A DNA stretch of 64,000 nucleotides from Lachnospiraceae bacterium (lineage in GTDB: Bacteria; Bacillota; Clostridia; Lachnospirales; Lachnospiraceae), in contig JAVBSN010000027.1 of NCBI GenBank assembly GCA_031547045.1, positions 13,933 through 77,932 on the forward strand, in the 5' to 3' direction. Positions within the stretch are counted from its first letter, which is position 1. Each line of letters opens with the position of its first letter. Made by a program: the position numbers and the translations under genes. Under the pieces are notes generated by a model. That model was not told where the DNA came from and did not search any database. It saw only the letters and a program-made list of their open reading frames with translations. Below, one piece after another: positions 8,557-17,428 of this stretch.

Positions 8557-10248
8557 GTGGAATACATGACTATTGATTCGAGATGTGTGCCGATAGAAGG
8601 CGAGAAAAATATACTTGCAGTTATTAGAAAGGCTGGCATTGATCTACCTACATTTTGCTATCATTCAGAGCTATCCGTATATGGAGCTTGTCGTATGTGT
8701 GTTGTAGAAGATGATAGAGGAAGAATATTTGCATCATGTTCAGAACAACCAAGAGCAGGAATGGTAATTAAGACTAATTCAGCTAAGATTAGAAAATATA
8801 GAAAATTAATTATAGAATTATTATTAGCATCACATTGTAGAGATTGTACAATATGTACTAGAAATGGTAACTGTGAACTTCAACAACTTGCATTTAAAGT
8901 TGGCGTTCATGCAGTAAGATTCCTTAACAATAGAAAAGAAGTTCCTATTGATATGAGTTCGCCAAGTATAGTACGTGACCCTAATAAATGTATTTTATGT
9001 GGTGACTGTGTTAGAACTTGTGCAGAGATTCAAGGTATAGGCGCCTTAGATTTTGCTCATAGAGGATCTAAGATGGAAGTTACACCTGCATTTGATAAAT
9101 GTCTTAATGAAACTGATTGTGTAGGCTGTGGACAATGTAGAGTAGTATGTCCTACAGGAGCAATAACTGTAAATACAAATGTAACAGATGTATGGGAAGC
9201 TATTGCAGACCCTAATGTAAGAGTAGTGGCTCAAGTTGCACCAGCAGTAAGAGTTGCAGTAGGTGACAAATTTGATATTCCAAAGGGTGAAAATACTATG
9301 GGTAAACTTGTAGCAGCTCTTAGAATGATGGGATTTGATAAAGTATATGATACTAACTTTGGAGCAGATTTAACTGTTGTAGAAGAATCCAAAGAATTAA
9401 TTACTAGATTAGAGCAAAATGAAAACTTGCCACTATTTACATCATGTTGTCCAGCATGGGTAAAATACTGTGAGACAAAATATCCAGAATTTGCAGATAA
9501 CATTTCTACTTGTAGATCTCCTCAAGGTATGTTTTCAGCAGTTGTTAAAGATTATTTCTGGCAAGATGACATCAAAGAAAAGAAGAAAACATTTGTTGTA
9601 TCAATAATGCCTTGTACTGCCAAAAAGGCTGAAATATTACGAGATGATAATATGACTGATGGTAGACAAGATACAGATAGAGTGTTGACAACAATAGAGA
9701 TTATAAGAATGATACGTCAAGCTGGTATTAAGTTTGATGAAGTTGAAGGAGAAGCTCCAGATATGCCGTTTGGTATTGCATCAGGTGCAGCAGCTATATT
9801 TGGTATTACAGGTGGTGTTACAGAAGCTGTTTTACGCCATGTATCAGCAGGAAATGAATATCAAACAATATCTCAGATTAGTTTTACAGGTATTAGAGGA
9901 ACAGAAGGCATCAAAGAAGCAACAGTAATGCTAGGAGATAGAGAAGTTAAGATAGCAGTAGTAAATGGATTAGCTAATGCAGGCAAATTGCTAGACAAGA
10001 TAAAAGCAGGAGAAGCTTATTATGACTTTGTTGAAGTAATGGCATGTAGAAGAGGTTGTATATTAGGAGGAGGTCAACCGCTTCCTGCAGGGCCAAGAAC
10101 TAAGAAATGCCGTGAAGAAGGAATATATGCTGTTGATAGACACTCACAGATAAGATTTACAGATGACAATCCGATTGTAGCTCAGACATATAAAGATGTA
10201 ATAAAAGGTAAAGAACATAGATTATTACATAGAGCTGGGAAATTATAG
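8557..10248 (+). CDS. hydA: [FeFe]-hydrogenase catalytic subunit (M3-type, HydABC family)
   Basis: 563 aa. GTG start 8 nt after AGGAGG. N-terminal 2Fe-2S and 4Fe-4S Cys motifs. H-cluster signatures FTSCCPAW, MPCTAKK and EVMACRRGCILGGGQP. Confidence 0.9.
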   Translation: MEYMTIDSRCVPIEGEKNILAVIRKAGIDLPTFCYHSELSVYGACRMCVVEDDRGRIFASCSEQPRAGMVIKTNSAKIRKYRKLIIELLLASHCRDCTICTRNGNCELQQLAFKVGVHAVRFLNNRKEVPIDMSSPSIVRDPNKCILCGDCVRTCAEIQGIGALDFAHRGSKMEVTPAFDKCLNETDCVGCGQCRVVCPTGAITVNTNVTDVWEAIADPNVRVVAQVAPAVRVAVGDKFDIPKGENTMGKLVAALRMMGFDKVYDTNFGADLTVVEESKELITRLEQNENLPLFTSCCPAWVKYCETKYPEFADNISTCRSPQGMFSAVVKDYFWQDDIKEKKKTFVVSIMPCTAKKAEILRDDNMTDGRQDTDRVLTTIEIIRMIRQAGIKFDEVEGEAPDMPFGIASGAAAIFGITGGVTEAVLRHVSAGNEYQTISQISFTGIRGTEGIKEATVMLGDREVKIAVVNGLANAGKLLDKIKAGEAYYDFVEVMACRRGCILGGGQPLPAGPRTKKCREEGIYAVDRHSQIRFTDDNPIVAQTYKDVIKGKEHRLLHRAGKL

Positions 10249-10254
10249 AGTTAC

Positions 10255-10283
10255 TTGACAAAAGTATTGCATTAATATACAAT
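10255..10283 (+). promoter_or_regulatory. Sigma-A promoter of the FAD-protein leader
   Basis: TTGACA-17 nt-TACAAT, 7 nt after the hydA stop. Confidence 0.6.
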
Positions 10284-10331
10284 CTTTTTTGGACTAACGT
10301 ATATATATTCATAGGATGGATGAATGTTTCT

Positions 10332-10409
10332 ACCAACTGCCGATTCAGTTGACTATAGGTTTTCCTTAAGGGAGATACTATAGTCATATGAATGGTAGTT
10401 GGTTTTTTT
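10332..10409 (+). terminator. Leader terminator or attenuator: roughly 30-bp extended hairpin plus T7
   Basis: Paired segments are ACCAACTGCC/GGTAGTTGGT, ATTCA/TGAAT, GACTATAG/CTATAGTC and TTCC/GGGA, followed by TTTTTTT (10403-10409). It lies between the promoter and the SD of the 10432 gene. Confidence 0.65.
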
Positions 10410-10431
10410 ATTTTCAAAAGGAGGAAATATT

Positions 10432-11823
10432 ATGTATGATGTTGTTATTGTAGGTGCAGGACCAGCAGGTATATTTACAGCTTTAGAGCTGATTAGGGGA
10501 GGAAGCAATAAGAAGATTCTTATGATTGAGAAGGGTTCTTCTATTGAAAAACGTAAATGTCCTAAAGATAAGACTAAGAAATGTATTAACTGTAAACCTT
10601 GTAATATAACTACAGGATTTTCAGGAGCAGGAGCTTTTTCAGACGGTAAACTTTCACTTAGCTATGAAGTAGGTGGAGATTTGCCAGATTTAATAGGTGT
10701 AGACTATTCTCAAGAAATGATTAATTATACAGATAAGATATATCTTGAATTTGGAGCAGATACTAAGATTGAAGGAATCAATCAAGGTGAAAAAGTAAAG
10801 GATATTAGAAAACGTGCAATTCAAGCAGGACTTAAACTTGTCGATTGTCCGATAAGACATCTAGGTACAGAGAAAGCACAAGAAATATACGGAGCGATTG
10901 AACAATATTTAATAGATAAAGGTGTTGAGATTAGATTTGGTTATAACTGTACAGATATAATTCTTGAAGATTCTATATGCAAGGGCGTTATAATCGAGAA
11001 GACTAATAGCTCTAAAGAGAAAGAAGAGATTACAGCAAAACATACAGTTATTGCAGCAGGTAGAAGGGGTGCAGATTGGTTAGAAAAGATTTGTGCCAAA
11101 AATGATATTGCTCATAAACCAGGAACTGTTGATATAGGAGTTAGAGTTGAAGTTAGAAATGAGATAATGGAAGATGTTAATAATGTACTTTATGAATCAA
11201 AATTAATTGGTTATCCTAAGCCATTTAAAAATAAAGTAAGAACATTTTGCCAGAATCCAGGTGGATTTGTAAGCCAAGAAAATTATGATAATGACTTAGC
11301 AGTAGTTAATGGACATTCTTATAAGGAATTAAAATCAAATAATACTAACTTAGCAATATTATGTTCTCATAATTTTACTGAGCCATTTAATCAACCAATA
11401 GAGTATGCACAGAAAATTGGTGAACTTACAAATATGTTAGGTTCAGGTAAGATATTAGTGCAGAGATATGGAGATATATTAGACGGAAAGAGAACTTGGG
11501 ATAAAGAATTAAGTCGTTCAAACATAAAGCCAACTCTTCCTGATGCGGTAGCAGGAGATATTACAGCAGCAATGCCATATAGAGCAATGACGAATATTAT
11601 TAACTTTATTCAAGCTGTAGATCATGTTGTACCAGGATTTGCTGGAACAGAAACACTTTTATATTCACCAGAGCTTAAGTTCTATTCTAACAAAGTTAAA
11701 ATGGATGAAGATTTTAATACTAATGTTAACAATCTATATTGTCTAGGTGATTCAAGTGGTTGGACAAGAGGTCTTATGATGGCATCAGTAATGGGTGTTA
11801 TTATGGGTCAAAAACTTTTATAA
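10432..11823 (+). CDS. FAD-dependent protein of the uncharacterised COG2509 type
   Basis: The ATG at 10432 follows AGGAGG. MYDVVIVGAGPAGIF dinucleotide-binding motif. About 463 aa. The ORF-track TTG at 10399 lies inside the terminator T-run. Confidence 0.8.
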   Translation: MYDVVIVGAGPAGIFTALELIRGGSNKKILMIEKGSSIEKRKCPKDKTKKCINCKPCNITTGFSGAGAFSDGKLSLSYEVGGDLPDLIGVDYSQEMINYTDKIYLEFGADTKIEGINQGEKVKDIRKRAIQAGLKLVDCPIRHLGTEKAQEIYGAIEQYLIDKGVEIRFGYNCTDIILEDSICKGVIIEKTNSSKEKEEITAKHTVIAAGRRGADWLEKICAKNDIAHKPGTVDIGVRVEVRNEIMEDVNNVLYESKLIGYPKPFKNKVRTFCQNPGGFVSQENYDNDLAVVNGHSYKELKSNNTNLAILCSHNFTEPFNQPIEYAQKIGELTNMLGSGKILVQRYGDILDGKRTWDKELSRSNIKPTLPDAVAGDITAAMPYRAMTNIINFIQAVDHVVPGFAGTETLLYSPELKFYSNKVKMDEDFNTNVNNLYCLGDSSGWTRGLMMASVMGVIMGQKLL

Positions 11824-11876
11824 ATATTAATCAAGTATTTGGGGATAATCTAGACATGATTTTGGAGGTGCTTTAG

Positions 11877-12488
11877 ATGAAGAATATTGTATTTGATGTA
11901 GGAATGGTAATAGTTGATTTTAGATGGCGAGAATATATGCAAGACATGGGAATTGCACCAGAAGTTATTGAAATATTAGGCAAATCTATGATTAATGATG
12001 ATTTATGGAATGAGTTTGATTTAGGAGTAATGAAAGATGAAGATATAGTAGACTCTTTTAAAAGCAAACTACCTAAGTATGCAAAGGAGATAGATTTGTT
12101 TATGAAAGAGCCGATAGAACTTGTAAAAGAATTTGATTATGCAGGTCCATTGGTAAAAGCTCTTAAGACAGCAGGATATAATGTCTATTTATTGTCTAAT
12201 TATCCTAAGAGAATGTATGAAATGCATTGGTCTAGATTTTCATTTATAGATGAGATAGATGGATTGGTTGTATCATCTCTTGAAAAAGTAATGAAACCAG
12301 ATAGACGAATATATGAGATATTGTTAGATAGATATAATCTAGAAGCAAATGAAACTTGTTTTATAGATGATAGGGAAGTAAATGTAGAAGCAGCCAGACA
12401 ATTAGGTATAGAAGGAATTGTATTTAAAGGATATGATGACTTATTAGAAAAGTTTAAAGAGTTGAATGTAAATTTTATTGACGAATAA
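11877..12488 (+). CDS. HAD-superfamily hydrolase, subfamily IA (YihX-like)
   Basis: 203 aa. FDVGMVIVDF motif I variant, LLSN motif II, FIDDREVNVEAA motif IV-like. GGAGG SD. Confidence 0.75.
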   Translation: MKNIVFDVGMVIVDFRWREYMQDMGIAPEVIEILGKSMINDDLWNEFDLGVMKDEDIVDSFKSKLPKYAKEIDLFMKEPIELVKEFDYAGPLVKALKTAGYNVYLLSNYPKRMYEMHWSRFSFIDEIDGLVVSSLEKVMKPDRRIYEILLDRYNLEANETCFIDDREVNVEAARQLGIEGIVFKGYDDLLEKFKELNVNFIDE

Positions 12489-12547
12489 TCTGTTTGAACA
12501 TACAATATATTTATTGTAGCAATGGTAACGATGAGGAAGGAGAAGTT

Positions 12548-12922
12548 ATGGATTACATATGGCAAGATAAGAAAAGAACTTTATTTGGATTACCACTTTC
12601 ATTTACTAAATATTCTTTGGATAAAGAAAGATTATTTATAGAAACAGGATTTTTAAGTAAGAGGGAAGATGAAGTAAGACTATATAGAATAATGGATGTT
12701 TCATTAACAATTAGTTTTTGGCAAAGATTATTTGGAGTAGGAACTATTGCTTGTGATTCTGCTGATAAGACATTGGGGAATTTTGAATTGGTTAGCATTA
12801 AGAATCCTAGAGATATTAAAGAACGATTATCTCAAATGGTAGAAGAAGAGAGAACAAAGAAAAGAGTTACAAGTAGAGAATATATGCATGATTCAGATTA
12901 TGATGATGAGAATGAATTTTAA
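12548..12922 (+). CDS. Bacterial PH-domain (bPH_2/YdbS-like) protein
   Basis: The ATG at 12548 follows GGAAGGAG. Contains EVRLYRIMDVSLTISFWQRLFGVGTI, typical of membrane-associated bPH domains. Confidence 0.6.
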   Translation: MDYIWQDKKRTLFGLPLSFTKYSLDKERLFIETGFLSKREDEVRLYRIMDVSLTISFWQRLFGVGTIACDSADKTLGNFELVSIKNPRDIKERLSQMVEEERTKKRVTSREYMHDSDYDDENEF

Positions 12923-12929
12923 TATTAAC

Positions 12930-12965
12930 AAAAGAACCAGTGGAATTTAATCCGCTGGTTCTTTT
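12930..12965. terminator. Bidirectional terminator shared by the convergent PH-domain and MATE genes
   Basis: AAAAGAACCAGTGG-aatttaat-CCGCTGGTTCTTTT. The MATE stop codon lies in the loop. Confidence 0.6.
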
Positions 12966-14296
12966 GTTATATTTGATTTCCATTTATTTGATTTATAACG
13001 TGTGAAAGAAATAATAAGACCTACACCCCAACCTATAGGTATGGTATACCAAATGGTTTCTGGTATTTTGAAAATATATGCTAATAAATATGCAAAAGCA
13101 ACTCGCGTAAAGAAATTACATAAGGTACTAGCCATAAACCATTTAATATCGCCAGCACCTCTTAAAATACCATTAGTAGAATTCATAGTACCCATAATGA
13201 TGTAGAAAATAGATACAACTCTTAAATAATTAGTACCTACATTAATGACTGCTTGACTTGATGTAGAATCTACAAAGGCACCAATTAATACATCTCCAAA
13301 AATAAATAGTAATAGAGTTACAGTTATGCTTACAATAGCAGTTAGCATAAGAGCAGCTTTATACCCCTTTTTAATTCGATCCAATTTGTTAGCACCAATA
13401 TTTTGTGCCGTAAAGGTTGACATTGCATTTCCGACTGCAATCATTGGCATAATTGCTATTGAATCTACTTTGGTGGCAGCGGTATAACCTGCCATAACTG
13501 TTGAACCGAAAGTATTAACTAAGGATTGCACAAATATAAGTCCGAATGAAACAATGGATTGTTGTATAGTTGATGGTATAGCTATATATGCAATGCTGCC
13601 TAGTATTCTTAAATCAAATAATTTAAAGTTTTCTGTAGGCATCTTAGATAAATTATACATAAGAACAATAAAAGATAATACAGCAGATATTCCTTGTGCA
13701 ATTAAAGTAGCATAGGCAGCACCTGCTACTCCCATTTGAAATTTAGCAACAAAAAGCAAATCCAAAACTACATTTACTCCAGAAGAAAATATTAAAAACA
13801 CTAGAGGTATTGTAGATTTTCCTAGTGCATTAAAAATTGCATTAAATGTATTATACATAAATAAAAATGTAAGACCTAGAAAATATATTCCTAAATATAC
13901 ACTAGCATCATCAAAAATATTATCAGGGGTGTTCATAAGTTTCAGTATTGATTTGTTAAATATAAGCCCCACCATAGTTAATACAATACTAATAACTAAT
14001 GCAGTGAAAATAATAGTGTATATAGCTGTTTTCATTTTCTCAAGTTGCTTACCACCGAAAAATCTTGAAATAACAACTGAAGAACCAATACTCATACCAG
14101 TTGCAAGTGCAATAAATAAAAAGGCTAAGGAAGTTGATGCACCTACAGCGGCAAGCGCTTCCTCGCCTACAAAGTTTCCTACTATTATTGTATCAATAAT
14201 ATTATATAATTGTTGAAATAGATTTCCTAAAATCATAGGGATTGCAAATACAATCAACCCTTTGGCAGGATCTCCATTTGTCATATCTTTTGCCAT
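12947..14296 (-). CDS. MATE-family efflux transporter
   Basis: 449 aa, about 12 TM. The N-terminus GLIVFAIPMILGNLFQQLYNIIDTIIVG is typical of MATE/NorM. Confidence 0.85.
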   Translation of the reverse strand: MAKDMTNGDPAKGLIVFAIPMILGNLFQQLYNIIDTIIVGNFVGEEALAAVGASTSLAFLFIALATGMSIGSSVVISRFFGGKQLEKMKTAIYTIIFTALVISIVLTMVGLIFNKSILKLMNTPDNIFDDASVYLGIYFLGLTFLFMYNTFNAIFNALGKSTIPLVFLIFSSGVNVVLDLLFVAKFQMGVAGAAYATLIAQGISAVLSFIVLMYNLSKMPTENFKLFDLRILGSIAYIAIPSTIQQSIVSFGLIFVQSLVNTFGSTVMAGYTAATKVDSIAIMPMIAVGNAMSTFTAQNIGANKLDRIKKGYKAALMLTAIVSITVTLLLFIFGDVLIGAFVDSTSSQAVINVGTNYLRVVSIFYIIMGTMNSTNGILRGAGDIKWFMASTLCNFFTRVAFAYLLAYIFKIPETIWYTIPIGWGVGLIISFTRYKSNKWKSNITKEPAD

Positions 14297-14379
14297 GTAT
14301 TCATGCCTCCAATTATTTAAAATAAAATGTTTGATTAGTATAGTTCAAAATAATAAAAATATCAATAATATAAAATTGG

Positions 14380-14414
14380 GCAATATAAAAGCTTGAAGAA
14401 TTAACTTCAAGCTT
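14380..14414 (-). terminator. Terminator of the yjfB-like gene
   Basis: AAGCTTGAAG-aattaa-CTTCAAGCTT immediately after the stop. TTTTATATT follows on the minus strand. Confidence 0.55.
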
Positions 14415-14591
14415 CTATAGTCTAATATCAACGTTCTGACCAACTAAAGGATTGACAGAGGATTCCATAAGTCTAGTTAAACCATCACTAGTAACTTCGG
14501 CAGTATCTAATGCTTTAGACATCATGGCAACACTTACATCATTCATTAGTTGGGATTGTGACATAGACACAGATAATGCTGCAATATCCAT
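14415..14591 (-). CDS. YjfB-family small protein (putative motility protein family)
   Basis: 58 aa counted from the ATG at 14591 (AGGTG SD 6 nt upstream). MDIAALSVSMSQSQL..DVSVAMMSKALD is the YjfB signature. Confidence 0.65.
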   Translation of the reverse strand: MDIAALSVSMSQSQLMNDVSVAMMSKALDTAEVTSDGLTRLMESSVNPLVGQNVDIRL

Positions 14592-14679
14592 GATCAACAC
14601 CTACTTTCTAGATATGTACTACTAATAAGCGGGTAATACCGTAGTCACTAAGTTCGAAAACACCTCACTAAGTAATAAT

Positions 14680-14708
14680 AGTATAATCTTTTTAATGAAT
14701 TATGTCAA
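14680..14708 (-). promoter_or_regulatory. Sigma-A-type promoter of the yjfB-like gene
   Basis: Minus strand TTGACA-17 nt-TATACT, giving a 5' UTR of about 80 nt. Confidence 0.5.
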
Positions 14709-14793
14709 CAAGATTGTTTGAAAAAATAATAGCAATTTTTTAAAGAAAGCCACGTAAAATATAGAAAAAATGATATTTTATACGTTTAAAAGG

Positions 14794-14822
14794 TTGACAT
14801 GACATATTAGCTTTGATATAAT
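14794..14822 (+). promoter_or_regulatory. Consensus sigma-A promoter of NlpC/P60 paralog 1
   Basis: TTGACA-17 nt-TATAAT. Confidence 0.65.
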
Positions 14823-14836
14823 CACATTTAATAAGT

Positions 14837-14853
14837 CGTAACAAATTTGTAAT
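14837..14853 (+). promoter_or_regulatory. WalR-like direct repeat (imperfect) at about +8 to +25
   Basis: CGTAAC-aaatt-TGTAAT versus the WalR consensus TGTWAH-N5-TGTWAH. One mismatch, in the first base. Confidence 0.35.
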
Positions 14854-14884
14854 AATTCAGACGATTTATAATTGGGAGGTATAT

Positions 14885-16177
14885 ATGAAGAGATTAACAC
14901 ATAAGGTAGCAGCAGTATTAATAGCAGGAAGCATTATGGCTAATGGCATGTCTGTTGTAGCTAGTAACTCTTATAATGATAGCAATGCAAATATAACATC
15001 GGCGTTAGATAGATACATACAAGAGTCTGCATATAGTAATAATGTTATGATGGAGACTAATTCAATAGTTAATATAACAGCGGCAATAGAAGAAGCTGTA
15101 GATAGTCAAGGGAATTTACCTGTTGACGAAGTAGTGTCAAATGAATACAGTGTTAAATATCCTCAATTTGTAGGAATGGTTATTCCTAATGTTGAAGAAT
15201 CAGTTAATATTAGATGTGAAGCTAGTGAAGACTCTGATAGAGTTGGTAAGTTACCGGCAGGAGCAGTTGCACAGATAGTTGAGCAAGGTGCTGAATGGAC
15301 TAAGATTACTTCAGGTACAGTAACAGGATATATTAAGAATGACTTTATATTGTTTGGAGATGAGGCTGGTGCATATGCAGAGGCTAATGTTCCTAAACAA
15401 GCAACAATTAATACAGAAACTTTATATGTAAGAGCAGAAGAAAATGCAACTGCTGATTGTGTAGGAATGGTACCACTAGGGGAGACTTACAAGGTAATTG
15501 AGGAATCTGATGGTTGGGCAGAGATAGAAGTTGATAAAGAGACAATAGGATATGTATCAAAAGATTATGTAACAGTTTCATTCGTGTTAGATACAGCAGT
15601 ATCTAAGGAAGAGGAAGAAGCATTAATTAAGAAAGCAGAAGAAGATAAGAAGGCAAAGGAAGAAGCAGATAAGAAAGCAGCAGAAGATGCAGCTAAGAAG
15701 AAATCTAATTCTTCGAAGAAATCTAACTCAAGTTCTTCAAATAGTTCATCGTCTTCAAATAATACAAATTCTTCAAGTAATACTTCATCAAATAATGTTG
15801 CATCAGGAAGTTCTTCTGGTGGAAGAAGTGATATATGTGATTATGCATTACAATTTGTTGGTAACCCATATGTATATGGTGGAACAAGTTTAACAGGTGG
15901 AGCGGATTGTTCAGGATTCGTAATGAGTGTATATGCTAACTTTGGTTATGGACTACCTCACTCGTCTTCATCACAATCTGGATGTGGTTCAGCAGTTGAT
16001 TTAGGTTCATTAGTTCCTGGTGATTTAGTATTTTATACTAATTCAAGTGGAAGTATCAATCATGTTGCAATATTTATAGGAAATGGACAAGTAGTACATG
16101 CAAGTTCTCCTGAAACTGGAATTAAGATTTCTAATGTTAATTATAGAAGTCCATACTGTGCAAGAAGAATAGGATAA
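14885..16177 (+). CDS. Secreted cell-wall hydrolase: signal peptide, 2x SH3b, E/K-rich and S/N-rich linkers, NlpC/P60 (C40) domain (paralog 1)
   Basis: 430 aa. SH3b-like repeats (NIRCEASEDSDRVGKL..., LYVRAEENATADCVG...). Catalytic DCSGF Cys, HVAIFIG His, VVHAS. Confidence 0.85.
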   Translation: MKRLTHKVAAVLIAGSIMANGMSVVASNSYNDSNANITSALDRYIQESAYSNNVMMETNSIVNITAAIEEAVDSQGNLPVDEVVSNEYSVKYPQFVGMVIPNVEESVNIRCEASEDSDRVGKLPAGAVAQIVEQGAEWTKITSGTVTGYIKNDFILFGDEAGAYAEANVPKQATINTETLYVRAEENATADCVGMVPLGETYKVIEESDGWAEIEVDKETIGYVSKDYVTVSFVLDTAVSKEEEEALIKKAEEDKKAKEEADKKAAEDAAKKKSNSSKKSNSSSSNSSSSSNNTNSSSNTSSNNVASGSSSGGRSDICDYALQFVGNPYVYGGTSLTGGADCSGFVMSVYANFGYGLPHSSSSQSGCGSAVDLGSLVPGDLVFYTNSSGSINHVAIFIGNGQVVHASSPETGIKISNVNYRSPYCARRIG

Positions 16178-16191
16178 GATAAGTAAATATT

Positions 16192-16219
16192 CCCACTGTC
16201 GTATGGCAGTGGGATTTTT
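16192..16219 (+). terminator. Intrinsic terminator after paralog 1
   Basis: CCCACTGTC-gtat-GGCAGTGGG (one G-U pair) followed by ATTTTT. Confidence 0.7.
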
Positions 16220-16267
16220 AACGTAGTATAGATAAGGAAAGATTATTAAATCTTTGGAGGTATTCTA

Positions 16268-17410
16268 ATGAAAAAGAATTTATATAGAATAATAGCATTA
16301 GCAATGAGTGGATGTATGTTATTATGTAATACAGAAACATTAGCATCAGAAGTTGATACTAATAAGGATTTGGTAAGTATTACAGAAGCTATAGAGAATT
16401 ACGTTCCGCCAGTAGTAACACCTGATATTTTATCAAATAGTACATTGATAACAGAAACTTTAGATTATATAGTAGATGAACCGGAATGTTTAGAGAAGCT
16501 TACATATAATGCGGCTAAATATCCTCAATTTATTGGAATAGCAATACCTAAAATTGAGAATACAGAAAGTTCATTGAATATAAGAGCAGAAGCTAACGAA
16601 GATTCAGAACGTTTAGGAAAACTTTCGGCTGGTGGTGCAGGACAAATAATAGAGCAAGGTGAAGAGTGGACTAAGATAGAATCAGGTTCAGTAATAGGAT
16701 ACGTTAAGAACGAATTTATGGTTACAGGAGATGAGGCAGGAGAATTTGCACAAGGAAGATTGCCTAAAGCAGCTACTGTAACAACAGAAACATTATTTGT
16801 TAGAGAAGAGCAAAGTGTTGAATCCACTTGTTTATCTATGGTTCCAGAAGGTGATACTTATGCAGTAGTTGATGAGTATGATGAATGGGCACAAGTTAAA
16901 GTAGATGATGAGCTAACAGGATTTGTGTCAAAAGATTATGTTAATGTATATTTTGTATTAGACTGTGCAATCTCTAAAGAAGAAGAGGAAGCAATTATAA
17001 GACGCGAGCAGGAAGAGAAAGAAGAAGCTGAGAGAAAGAAACGTAATGCAGGAAGACAGGATATATGTGATTATGCAGTTCAGTTTATAGGTAATCCTTA
17101 TGTTTGGGGTGGCGCAAGTTTGACTAATGGAGCGGATTGTTCAGGATTTACCATGAGAGTATTTGCTAAGTTCGGTTATTCATTACCTCACTCAGCAGCA
17201 GCACAGGCTAATTGTGGATCACCAGTTGCATTAAGTGATATAAAGCCAGGAGATTTATTGTTCTATAAAGGAAGCGGTGGTGGAATAACTCACGTTACTA
17301 TGTATATAGGAAATGGACAAGTAGTACATGCAAGTTCTAAGAAGACAGGAATCAAGATTTCTAGTCTGGGATATAGACAAGCATGTTGTGCAAGAAGAAT
17401 AGCTAATTAA
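16268..17410 (+). CDS. Secreted SH3b-NlpC/P60 cell-wall hydrolase (paralog 2)
   Basis: 380 aa with the same architecture but no S/N-rich linker. DCSGF, HVTMYIG, VVHAS. Confidence 0.85.
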   Translation: MKKNLYRIIALAMSGCMLLCNTETLASEVDTNKDLVSITEAIENYVPPVVTPDILSNSTLITETLDYIVDEPECLEKLTYNAAKYPQFIGIAIPKIENTESSLNIRAEANEDSERLGKLSAGGAGQIIEQGEEWTKIESGSVIGYVKNEFMVTGDEAGEFAQGRLPKAATVTTETLFVREEQSVESTCLSMVPEGDTYAVVDEYDEWAQVKVDDELTGFVSKDYVNVYFVLDCAISKEEEEAIIRREQEEKEEAERKKRNAGRQDICDYAVQFIGNPYVWGGASLTNGADCSGFTMRVFAKFGYSLPHSAAAQANCGSPVALSDIKPGDLLFYKGSGGGITHVTMYIGNGQVVHASSKKTGIKISSLGYRQACCARRIAN

Positions 17411-17428
17411 AAAATATGTAAATAAAAA

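Noticed and set aside
10399-10431. N-terminally extended starts given in the ORF track: 10399, 12494, 19429, 22641, 41954, 58267, 60473, 60953, 62451, 6179, 3317, 14600 and 17641.
   Set aside because: In each case an internal ATG with a properly spaced SD exists. The extension either overlaps a terminator, promoter or SD, or adds residues absent from the known family N-terminus.
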